From Bdellovibrionaceae bacterium UBA1609 (GTDB lineage Bacteria; Bdellovibrionota; Bdellovibrionia; Bdellovibrionales; UBA1609), in contig DCMZ01000015.1 of the NCBI GenBank assembly GCA_002321895.1, forward strand, positions 80,136 to 144,135: a stretch of 64,000 bases of DNA. The letters are read 5' to 3'. Shown piece by piece: positions 50,348 through 57,879 of the stretch; positions within the stretch are counted from its first letter, which is position 1; each line of letters begins with the position of its first letter. Position numbers and translations under genes: made by a program. The notes below the pieces were generated by a model. That model worked only from the letters and a program-made list of their open reading frames with translations. It made no database searches and was not told where the DNA came from.

Positions 50348-50389
50348 ATGGTGTCGTAGGATGAAATAAACTTGCGACACCATACTTTT
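50348..50389 (+). terminator. Intrinsic terminator-like hairpin
   Basis: ATGGTGTCGTAGG/CTTGCGACACCAT 13-bp stem with two G-U pairs on the + strand, followed by ACTTTT. Confidence 0.6.
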
Positions 50390-50475
50390 AAAAAGCAAAG
50401 AAACGGAAACAAACATGAGAGTAAACCTTTGAACTCTCAACTCTCCAGAAACCTCCCCCAAAATAAAAACTAGAC

Positions 50476-50503
50476 TCTAGAACACTCATAAATTTTCCGA
50501 TCA
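50476..50503 (+). promoter_or_regulatory. sigma28 promoter of flagellin 2
   Basis: TCTAG-N15-TCCGATCA followed by a structured leader of about 110 nt. Confidence 0.6.
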
Positions 50504-50620
50504 GTATATTAGAAGAAGAGTATCTTCTTCAGAACAATCAACCCGAGTACACGATGTACTCTAATGCCAATATGGAAGGCACAGCATCAAGGAGGATGAA
50601 GTTATGCAAGGAGGATAAAT

Positions 50621-51454
50621 ATGGGATTACGTATAGCAACGAACGTAGCTTCGTTAAACGCCCAGAAAAACTTGATCGGTACAAACCATAACATGAGCCG
50701 ATCATTGGCAAGGTTAAGTTCGGGTTTCCGAATCAACCAAGCCGCCGACGATGCCGCAGGGTTAGCCATAAGTGAAAACTTAAGAGGTCAAATCCGAGGT
50801 ATGAAACAAGCTAACCGAAATGCGAACGATGGTGTATCGCTCGTGCAGGTGGCTGAAGGAGGATTGAATGAAGTATCAAGCATGCTTATTCGATTGCGAG
50901 AATTGGCAATCCAAGCCTCATCAGACACTATCGGTGACACGGAGAGAAAGTTTCTCGACGTTGAATATCAGCAGCTTAAAAGCGAAGTCCAAAGGATTGC
51001 TGAGTCAACGCAGTTTAACGGTAGAGATCTCTTGAATGGAACAGGTGGAGTTGTTGACATCCAAGTGGGTGTACATAACGACGCGTTCAAAGATAGAATC
51101 TCTTTTAACTCTTCGGCAGCTAATTCGTCGTTGGAGTCCTTAGGGCTTACAGCTGAATCGCTGGCTACGAAGGAACAGGCTCAAACAAGTATCGCCGTCG
51201 TAGATGACGCTATGATTTCGGTGAATGCCATGCGAGCCAACTTTGGTGCACTACAAAACCGATTGGGATCAACGATTAATAATTTGAATATCGCCCATGA
51301 GAACTTGTCAGCCGCGAACTCTCGAATTCGTGACACTGACATAGCTGAAGAGTCCGCCGAACTAGTTAGAAACAACTTACTCATGCAGTCAGGTGTTTCC
51401 ATTCTAGGACAAGCGAACCAAAACCAGCAAATTGCATTAAAGCTATTAGGATAA
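50621..51454 (+). CDS. fliC: Flagellin (short type), second paralogue
   Basis: RIATNVASL, LSSGFRINQAADDAAGLAISE, GALQNRL, SRIRDTDIAEE. Confidence 0.98.
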   Translation: MGLRIATNVASLNAQKNLIGTNHNMSRSLARLSSGFRINQAADDAAGLAISENLRGQIRGMKQANRNANDGVSLVQVAEGGLNEVSSMLIRLRELAIQASSDTIGDTERKFLDVEYQQLKSEVQRIAESTQFNGRDLLNGTGGVVDIQVGVHNDAFKDRISFNSSAANSSLESLGLTAESLATKEQAQTSIAVVDDAMISVNAMRANFGALQNRLGSTINNLNIAHENLSAANSRIRDTDIAEESAELVRNNLLMQSGVSILGQANQNQQIALKLLG

Positions 51455-51461
51455 TTTTTGC

Positions 51462-51483
51462 AGGGCTCAGGGATCTGAGCCCT
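51462..51483 (+). terminator. Hairpin after flagellin 2
   Basis: AGGGCTCAG-GGAT-CTGAGCCCT perfect 9-bp stem; no U tract. Confidence 0.5.
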
Positions 51484-51510
51484 ATAGTAAGAAAACAAGG
51501 AGGTTGAGCC

Positions 51511-51606
51511 ATGTCTTCGACAGCTCAAGAATGGTCCGGAGCACTACTTATGTGTGCAGCAATAGCTACGGCTATCGTTGTAGGACTAAACTCAATGATC
51601 TTCTGA
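51511..51606 (+). CDS. Unannotated 31-aa hydrophobic peptide MSSTAQEWSGALLMCAAIATAIVVGLNSMIF
   Basis: Perfect AAGGAGG RBS 7 nt before the ATG; one TM-length hydrophobic stretch; below the ORF-track size cutoff. Confidence 0.55.
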   Translation: MSSTAQEWSGALLMCAAIATAIVVGLNSMIF

Positions 51607-51755
51607 TTGTGGGCAAAGGATTTGTTGCGCAAAGAAGTCATTACCGCTCTGCAACTCCAAAAAGTGCCTGGCACCTTTTGGAGCTGTGAGGCGTCAAGTT
51701 GGGTCCACCTTAAGTGACCAAACTTAAAAAACTGGTTATCGCTCTCTAATTCACC

Positions 51756-51786
51756 AGGCGGGGCTTTCAAAGCCCCGCCTTTTTTT
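51756..51786 (+). terminator. Strong intrinsic terminator
   Basis: AGGCGGGGCTTT-C-AAAGCCCCGCCT followed by a T run. Confidence 0.85.
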
Positions 51787-51802
51787 ATTCTCAAAATAAT
51801 AC

Positions 51803-51830
51803 TAAAGCGATTGAGGCTTCCGCCCGATAC
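51803..51830 (+). promoter_or_regulatory. sigma28-like promoter, leaderless
   Basis: TAAAG-N15-CCCGATAC ends 7 nt before the ATG at 51838. Confidence 0.7.
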
Positions 51831-51837
51831 AGTACTT

Positions 51838-54288
51838 ATGTCCAGGAATTGTAGTACGTTTTTTCTAATTCTAAGAGGGCTAACAGTTTTGTTGGCACTG
51901 GTTCACCTTGGTTGTGAAAAGATCAACCTAAATGGTGAAATTAAATCCCCCTTTGAAAATGTAAACACATCCAAATTTTCCATATCCGATGGCTTAGGCT
52001 CAAGTGCCGATCAAGTCACATCTCTATCTCTTCTTACTACTGATGGTGACGTTCAAGTTTTTGCTCTTGAGCAAGATGCCAGCGGCTCATTTCTTTCCAA
52101 CCCCGAAGTGGCCTGGACTCTCATAGGAAGTTTTGCCGATCTAACCATTCAAGACAGTGGGCGATCTGCCGTTCTTAACAACTTCTCTGCAGGCTCTGGT
52201 CAAATTAAATTTGAATATGATGATCGCACCGTGGCTATCAATGTCGATGTAAGCGTACCCCCTACCCCAACCGCAAATTCGGACACCATCTATTTAATTC
52301 AGGATACACTTACTGAAATCGATGTGCTTGTAAACGACACGGATGCGGCCGAAAATTTACCCTTGGCTATAGATTCTGTTTCAACACCGACGAATGGGAC
52401 CGCTGTGATAGATGGAGGGGTCATAGACTACACTCCGAGTGCTGGATATCTAGGAACGGATTCATTTACCTATACCGTATCTAACGCTTCTGGTGGCACA
52501 GAAACCGGTACGGTCAACATTTACGTTATGACGGCCCACACCTGGACGGGTGCTGGTGCTGATGACCTTTGGACGAACTCAGACAACTGGTGTGGAACCA
52601 TTGTAGCCCATGCTTGTACTGGTGGAAGTGCCCCAAGCTCCTCACAGGTCGCGGTCTTTAATGACACCTGCGAGAACTGTGATGCACAAAGCGCAGGAAG
52701 CATTTCTGTGGGTGGAATTTCTATGGCTACCACCTACAATGGAACAATCACGCAAAACAACGGCCACAACCTCACAGTTGGCAGCTCGAGCTTCACCCAA
52801 AAAGGGGGAACTTTTGTTGGAGGAAATTCAACTATAGACATCCAAGAGGACTTTGTCCTCGAGGGGGGCACATTCACCTCAACCTCAGGAACTATGCAGG
52901 TGCGGTGGGATATACAAATGAGTGGCGGAACATTTATTCATAATTCCGGAAAAATTGATTCGCTGGCCTCTGCGGATGGACAAGTGGTTTACTTAAGGTT
53001 TTTAAGTGGCAACCTGTATGATTTGGATTTCTCACGTAGATACAATGCAACGGCTTATATTCAATCGAACTTTGAAGTGGAAAACCTGTTGAGCCTGACC
53101 AATAACCACGTTGGAACAAAAGTCTATGGGGGCTACACCATCTCTGTGCACGGAAATGTGGATGTGGGTCGGGGTACTGTGGCCGCAGGACGAAATACAA
53201 TGTATACGGTCAAATTGATAGGTACTGGAGATCAGACCATTAGAGGAGTTCACTCCACTGTGGACTGGAATAAAATACCTCACTTGATTGTGGACAAACC
53301 TTCCGGTTCTGTTCTATTCACAGGAAACGGCATCACCTACCGTGGGGATTTTAATGTGATAAATGGAGATCTAGAATTGACCGGCCGCAGTCCAATATTT
53401 GATGTTAATTTTGAGAATGGCGAGGCCTCCATTCACAATCTAAATAACGAAGTGGTTGGATCACTCACCCTAGTTATCGATTATAGCAATACGATTAACT
53501 TTTATGGTGATCTCAATGTATCAGGAGATCTTACAATCACTTCTAACCGTGGAAATACAGTTCTACAAAGCTTAGATGGCGGGAAAATATATGTTGGTGG
53601 CGATTTCGCCTTTGGCTCTTCTTATGGATTGCCAGCCATTCCTGCGAACATGAAAATGCCTTTGGTTTTTAATGGCTCCTCCAATCAAAATTACTCTTCG
53701 GGTGGGACAATCACTTCTAGTGATAATTTTGATGCCGATGTAACCGTGAACAAATCAAATGGAAAAGTGATTCAAACCGATAACTTTTATACAGCCGCAG
53801 GTTACGACCTCATTATCGACTCCGGGGAATGGGAAATTAGGAACAAGTATACTCTGAGTGTAGGATCGAATCTATCCGTAGCTTCAGGAACTACCATTGA
53901 TCAAGGTTGTGGGACACTCAATTACGGAAGTCTATCAAATAGTGGGAGTATCACCACATCTTCATCATCACCCTTCGTTACAGCTGTAGATGCCTCTGTG
54001 AATGAGGGTGGCGTTTTAATGATGCGCGTTTTACTGTCTGAAGGATATTGTACGGGTGACTTTATCGTGGACTATACCGTTGCCGATATTACCACCACCA
54101 GTGTTGCAGACTATATTCCTCCTTCCGGTACATTAACTGTAACAGATGGCTCTAAAATTGGGGTTGTTGGGATTCCTGCGGTCAGTGATGGCGTGGCCGA
54201 AACCGACGAAACCCTATCTTTCACCATTGATACGATTACAGCCGGAATCATCGGAACCGCGACGAGCACGGGAACCATTTCCGACTAG
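51838..54288 (+). CDS. Large lipoprotein: Ig-like + Big_9 + beta-solenoid + C-terminal Calx-beta-like domain (third adhesin paralogue)
   Basis: Lipobox HLGC; N-terminal domain aligns with the 2041..4386 protein (W-x-L-x-GSFADL-x-I..GRSA-x-L); HTWTG...NWCG cap; C-terminal VNEGG...VDYTV...DY...SGTLT...DETLSFTI. Confidence 0.75.
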   Translation: MSRNCSTFFLILRGLTVLLALVHLGCEKINLNGEIKSPFENVNTSKFSISDGLGSSADQVTSLSLLTTDGDVQVFALEQDASGSFLSNPEVAWTLIGSFADLTIQDSGRSAVLNNFSAGSGQIKFEYDDRTVAINVDVSVPPTPTANSDTIYLIQDTLTEIDVLVNDTDAAENLPLAIDSVSTPTNGTAVIDGGVIDYTPSAGYLGTDSFTYTVSNASGGTETGTVNIYVMTAHTWTGAGADDLWTNSDNWCGTIVAHACTGGSAPSSSQVAVFNDTCENCDAQSAGSISVGGISMATTYNGTITQNNGHNLTVGSSSFTQKGGTFVGGNSTIDIQEDFVLEGGTFTSTSGTMQVRWDIQMSGGTFIHNSGKIDSLASADGQVVYLRFLSGNLYDLDFSRRYNATAYIQSNFEVENLLSLTNNHVGTKVYGGYTISVHGNVDVGRGTVAAGRNTMYTVKLIGTGDQTIRGVHSTVDWNKIPHLIVDKPSGSVLFTGNGITYRGDFNVINGDLELTGRSPIFDVNFENGEASIHNLNNEVVGSLTLVIDYSNTINFYGDLNVSGDLTITSNRGNTVLQSLDGGKIYVGGDFAFGSSYGLPAIPANMKMPLVFNGSSNQNYSSGGTITSSDNFDADVTVNKSNGKVIQTDNFYTAAGYDLIIDSGEWEIRNKYTLSVGSNLSVASGTTIDQGCGTLNYGSLSNSGSITTSSSSPFVTAVDASVNEGGVLMMRVLLSEGYCTGDFIVDYTVADITTTSVADYIPPSGTLTVTDGSKIGVVGIPAVSDGVAETDETLSFTIDTITAGIIGTATSTGTISD

Positions 54289-54405
54289 ATAGCCCATGAC
54301 CCATCTAAAAAACTATAAATGAATGTATCAAATTGAGATCAACTCTTTGGGATTCCCAAGAAACTACCGATAAGTCTAGTAGACGAGAGATTGAATTGTA
54401 ATCAG

Positions 54406-57400
54406 GTGGGACGTACGTTGAAGTTATTTTTATATGCCTTTCTGTTGGTTTTTATGGTCGGATGTGAAAAAAATCCGATCAGCGGTCTATTTCTAGACAA
54501 TTCCGATAGTGATGAATCAGAAGAAATACCTTCTGGGTTTGCCCAGCTTACAAAAAGCACTATCGGTTCGATCAGTGTCACTCCTTACGATATATCTCTC
54601 AATTCACTAGATACCTCCACGGACAAAATAATACTTAAGGATCCTGGAAATGGACCTATAAGCGGCAGCTCAGTGAACTACCATCTGGATGTAGATACCG
54701 GCTCATTTAAAAAACTCACATGGGATACCATCATTGGAAGTACGCTAGATCCCGTCGTACACTATTCCCCGGTGTCCAATAAATCCATACATATTCTAAC
54801 TGGTGGTACCTTCATAAACACACTTATGTATGTTTATGATTACAGTACAAAAACCTTCTCTAATCTCGTTCCCAATATAGATCCCACCGGGCTAAAGTTT
54901 ATCAATCTCTCCGATGATGGTTCCAAAGTTATTTTTTCTACATCCGAAGGACTTTTTTGGGTGGATACCACTACTAAAGTGATTACCACCCTCATAACCA
55001 ACTCTAATAATGAAGTGTACACCTATGCGTCCTTTACCCATGATTATCAAAAAATCGTTTTCTTCGCAGTCCGATTGACTACGAACAACAACCTGTTTGT
55101 CATTGATGTGGACGGATCCAATTTAGTTCAGCTTTCAAATTTTACCGAAAGCTCTATCTTTGCAAGCGTGGAAGCCTATAAAATCGCTCCGGACAACTCC
55201 ACTGTTGTCTATTTTGGACAGGTTAACTCTTGGCCAGGTGTGGATGAACTCTACCGTGTGGATATTGACGGAACCAACAATATGAGAGTACACGCAAGTT
55301 TAGTCGGCACTGGAAAAGATGTCATGAGCGACATCTACATAGCTCCCGACAGCAGTTTCTTCGTGTATGCCGGTGATATAACAACAGACAATATAATAGA
55401 AGTCTATGCAGCCGACATTGATGGCTCAAATGTGAGAACTCTCAATGCCACCACCAATGCCAGTAGAGACGCTCGGGTAAGTACAGAGGAAATTTTTATT
55501 GCCGATGATTCATCTTTAGTCTACTTCAACGGAGACTTTACAATAGACGAACGAGACGATTGGTACTCCTCCACTCCCGATGGAGTGACCGTCACCAATT
55601 TAACCAATTTTCCAAATGTCTCCTCCACCATTTCTAATAATGTATTTACTAGCAACGGCTTAACTCTCATCTCCACTCGCAATGTCTCTGGAGAAATTAG
55701 ACTTTTCTCAACAAATTTGAACACTCAAGTCTCAACTGATATCACTGGCTCATTGGTTTCTGGTGGTGACGTGAGATCTGCATCGTACATAGAATACACC
55801 CAACTTTCTTTAGATGAGACTGAAGTCATCTATATGGGTGATCTGATCGTTGATGCCCGTATTGATATATATAAAACACCTATCGGTGGAGGTACGCGGA
55901 CCACTCTATTGACTGACGTAGGGGGCACCTATTTCACCCTATCTAATGATGGCACTCGGGTGATCTCTTACAAATCAGAATGCCGGTCGGTTTTATTGTC
56001 TGATGGCTCCGGCGCTATTGAATATGCCAATTTAGGCACAGGAGAGTTACTTACAGACTGTGTGTATTTGAGAGCGAGTGATAAAATCCTAGTGGGAAAA
56101 TCCCTCCCTAATGGTAGTGCTGACTTGAAAGTCTACAATTTAGATGGCACCCTTGATCTCTCCCTAACACCGCCTCGATTCAATTCATTCATTAAACGGG
56201 CCATGAAAGTCTCTCCGGATCAGACTAAAATTGCATACCTTGTGGATGGATATGTCTATACCGCGAATATGGACGGATCTAATCCAATTCAAGTCAGTCA
56301 GTTACCCATTGTTAATGCTAATGGTCTTTCAACTTATTCGACACTCACAGAAATTGATCAAATGTTTAGCTTTTCTCCGGATGGGGAATACATACATTAC
56401 CTTGGTTTGAACATTGTAACCTTCACCACAGATATATTCAGTGTACGAACAGATGGCAGCGCTCACACAGCACTGACTACTGGCGCCACATTTAACAATA
56501 TAAGTGGGTTCAAGTATTCCCCGGACGGTACCAAGATTGCTATTTTAGACCAGCAGTTTAGTAATGAATACAATGGTGGTCGCCTGATCCATGTTTCCGA
56601 TTTGGATGGATCCAACTATACCCAAGTGGCGCAGGATTACACGGATCCCAGCCGATATATATCTCTTAGCTCCGGTAACGATCCCTATTTTTTTACGGCC
56701 GACAATCAGTATATTGTATATGTCTCGCGTGGTACCTGGTGTTGCTCTAGCCCGGTCAGTGTAAAAAACCTATATGCCAGCAAGCCAGATGGCAGTGATT
56801 TTAAGACCATTGGCGATGATTCACTGGGTAACTCCTCCGATCTACTGATCGCTTCCACTGGCTCTACTGTCTACTATGCACAGGGTGGGGTTCTCAATGC
56901 GGTGGATGTGGCCACCAATGTTAAGACCCCACTTTCCGCCATTTGTGAAATGAAGACCGCTATAGAGATCCCTAGCCGTGGTTTACTCGCCTGTATAAAA
57001 AACGGAGAACTACGCCTTATTCCAACGGATGGTAGCGCTCACTCTTCGGTTCACACTGAAGAAGCACTTTATACTTTAACCGCAACAGATCCAGGTAAAA
57101 TCAAACTTTCCAGTGATGGTAAATATCTCGTTTATTATGCCCCATTAGCTAGCCCGTCCACTAGCTATAAAGTCTTCAGCTACGACCTTGATTCAGGAGA
57201 TAATACAACTCTCAGTCCTTCTTTATGGTTAACTTCTCTTCAGTTTGAGCTCATTCCCAATAGTAGCTCTATAGTATTTTCCGGCTATAGTATTGACTCA
57301 AATCAAGGGATCTTGCGAAAAATCGATTTAGACGGTACCGATGAATTCGAAATAGAGAATAATCTTGGTGGTCTTTTGTTAACAAATCATTTTCATTTTG

Positions 57401-57642
57401 ACGTCACCGAGAATTACATTGTTTACCCCACCATCGATTATCCCTTCAGTGGTGTTAAAGTGAAAATCTCAACCCTAAATGGGGATGTCAAAGAGTACCT
57501 TAACGATGGCAATACCGTGGTTTTCTTTGATATGTATGGCGAAGATAAAATTCTCTATGCTACTGAAGTGGGTAGCTCCTCCGAAGTCCACTACACTTTG
57601 AAGCAAGCCACCATTAGAAATCCCACACCCGATCCGGAATAG
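54406..57642 (+). CDS. Giant TolB/PD40-like beta-propeller lipoprotein (start probably the GTG at 54406)
   Basis: Lipobox MVGC; many (F)SPDG/DGSN blade repeats; sigma28-like ACCGATAA at 54366-54373. Confidence 0.8.
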   Translation: MGRTLKLFLYAFLLVFMVGCEKNPISGLFLDNSDSDESEEIPSGFAQLTKSTIGSISVTPYDISLNSLDTSTDKIILKDPGNGPISGSSVNYHLDVDTGSFKKLTWDTIIGSTLDPVVHYSPVSNKSIHILTGGTFINTLMYVYDYSTKTFSNLVPNIDPTGLKFINLSDDGSKVIFSTSEGLFWVDTTTKVITTLITNSNNEVYTYASFTHDYQKIVFFAVRLTTNNNLFVIDVDGSNLVQLSNFTESSIFASVEAYKIAPDNSTVVYFGQVNSWPGVDELYRVDIDGTNNMRVHASLVGTGKDVMSDIYIAPDSSFFVYAGDITTDNIIEVYAADIDGSNVRTLNATTNASRDARVSTEEIFIADDSSLVYFNGDFTIDERDDWYSSTPDGVTVTNLTNFPNVSSTISNNVFTSNGLTLISTRNVSGEIRLFSTNLNTQVSTDITGSLVSGGDVRSASYIEYTQLSLDETEVIYMGDLIVDARIDIYKTPIGGGTRTTLLTDVGGTYFTLSNDGTRVISYKSECRSVLLSDGSGAIEYANLGTGELLTDCVYLRASDKILVGKSLPNGSADLKVYNLDGTLDLSLTPPRFNSFIKRAMKVSPDQTKIAYLVDGYVYTANMDGSNPIQVSQLPIVNANGLSTYSTLTEIDQMFSFSPDGEYIHYLGLNIVTFTTDIFSVRTDGSAHTALTTGATFNNISGFKYSPDGTKIAILDQQFSNEYNGGRLIHVSDLDGSNYTQVAQDYTDPSRYISLSSGNDPYFFTADNQYIVYVSRGTWCCSSPVSVKNLYASKPDGSDFKTIGDDSLGNSSDLLIASTGSTVYYAQGGVLNAVDVATNVKTPLSAICEMKTAIEIPSRGLLACIKNGELRLIPTDGSAHSSVHTEEALYTLTATDPGKIKLSSDGKYLVYYAPLASPSTSYKVFSYDLDSGDNTTLSPSLWLTSLQFELIPNSSSIVFSGYSIDSNQGILRKIDLDGTDEFEIENNLGGLLLTNHFHFDVTENYIVYPTIDYPFSGVKVKISTLNGDVKEYLNDGNTVVFFDMYGEDKILYATEVGSSSEVHYTLKQATIRNPTPDPE

Positions 57643-57879
57643 GCGTAAACGGAGCCACTTGTTCTGGCGAACCTCACTTCGAGAGACAGAAAGACTTCAG
57701 GCAACACTCTCAAATTGAGACATACCGAATTGTGCAAATTTCTTCAGAAAACGACTCAGATCAATTCAATAAGCCTCTGACCAGACACCACCGTATCAGA
57801 ATGAAAACCGCTCTTTCTAACTCCGCAGAACTTTCCGATAATAAATTATAGACGGATGTCGAGTTATTAAGACCGACAG

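Noticed and set aside
51610-51646. GGGCAAA...CGCAAAG...TTACCG words resembling a c-di-GMP-I (GEMM) riboswitch
   Set aside because: Spacing is far too short: there is no GNRA-capped stem between the first two words and no room for the second stem with its receptor. An Infernal search would settle it.
51462-51786. Possible tmRNA, SRP, 6S or RNase P RNA
   Set aside because: No tRNA-like ends, SRP loop motif or RNase P conserved segments were recognisable.
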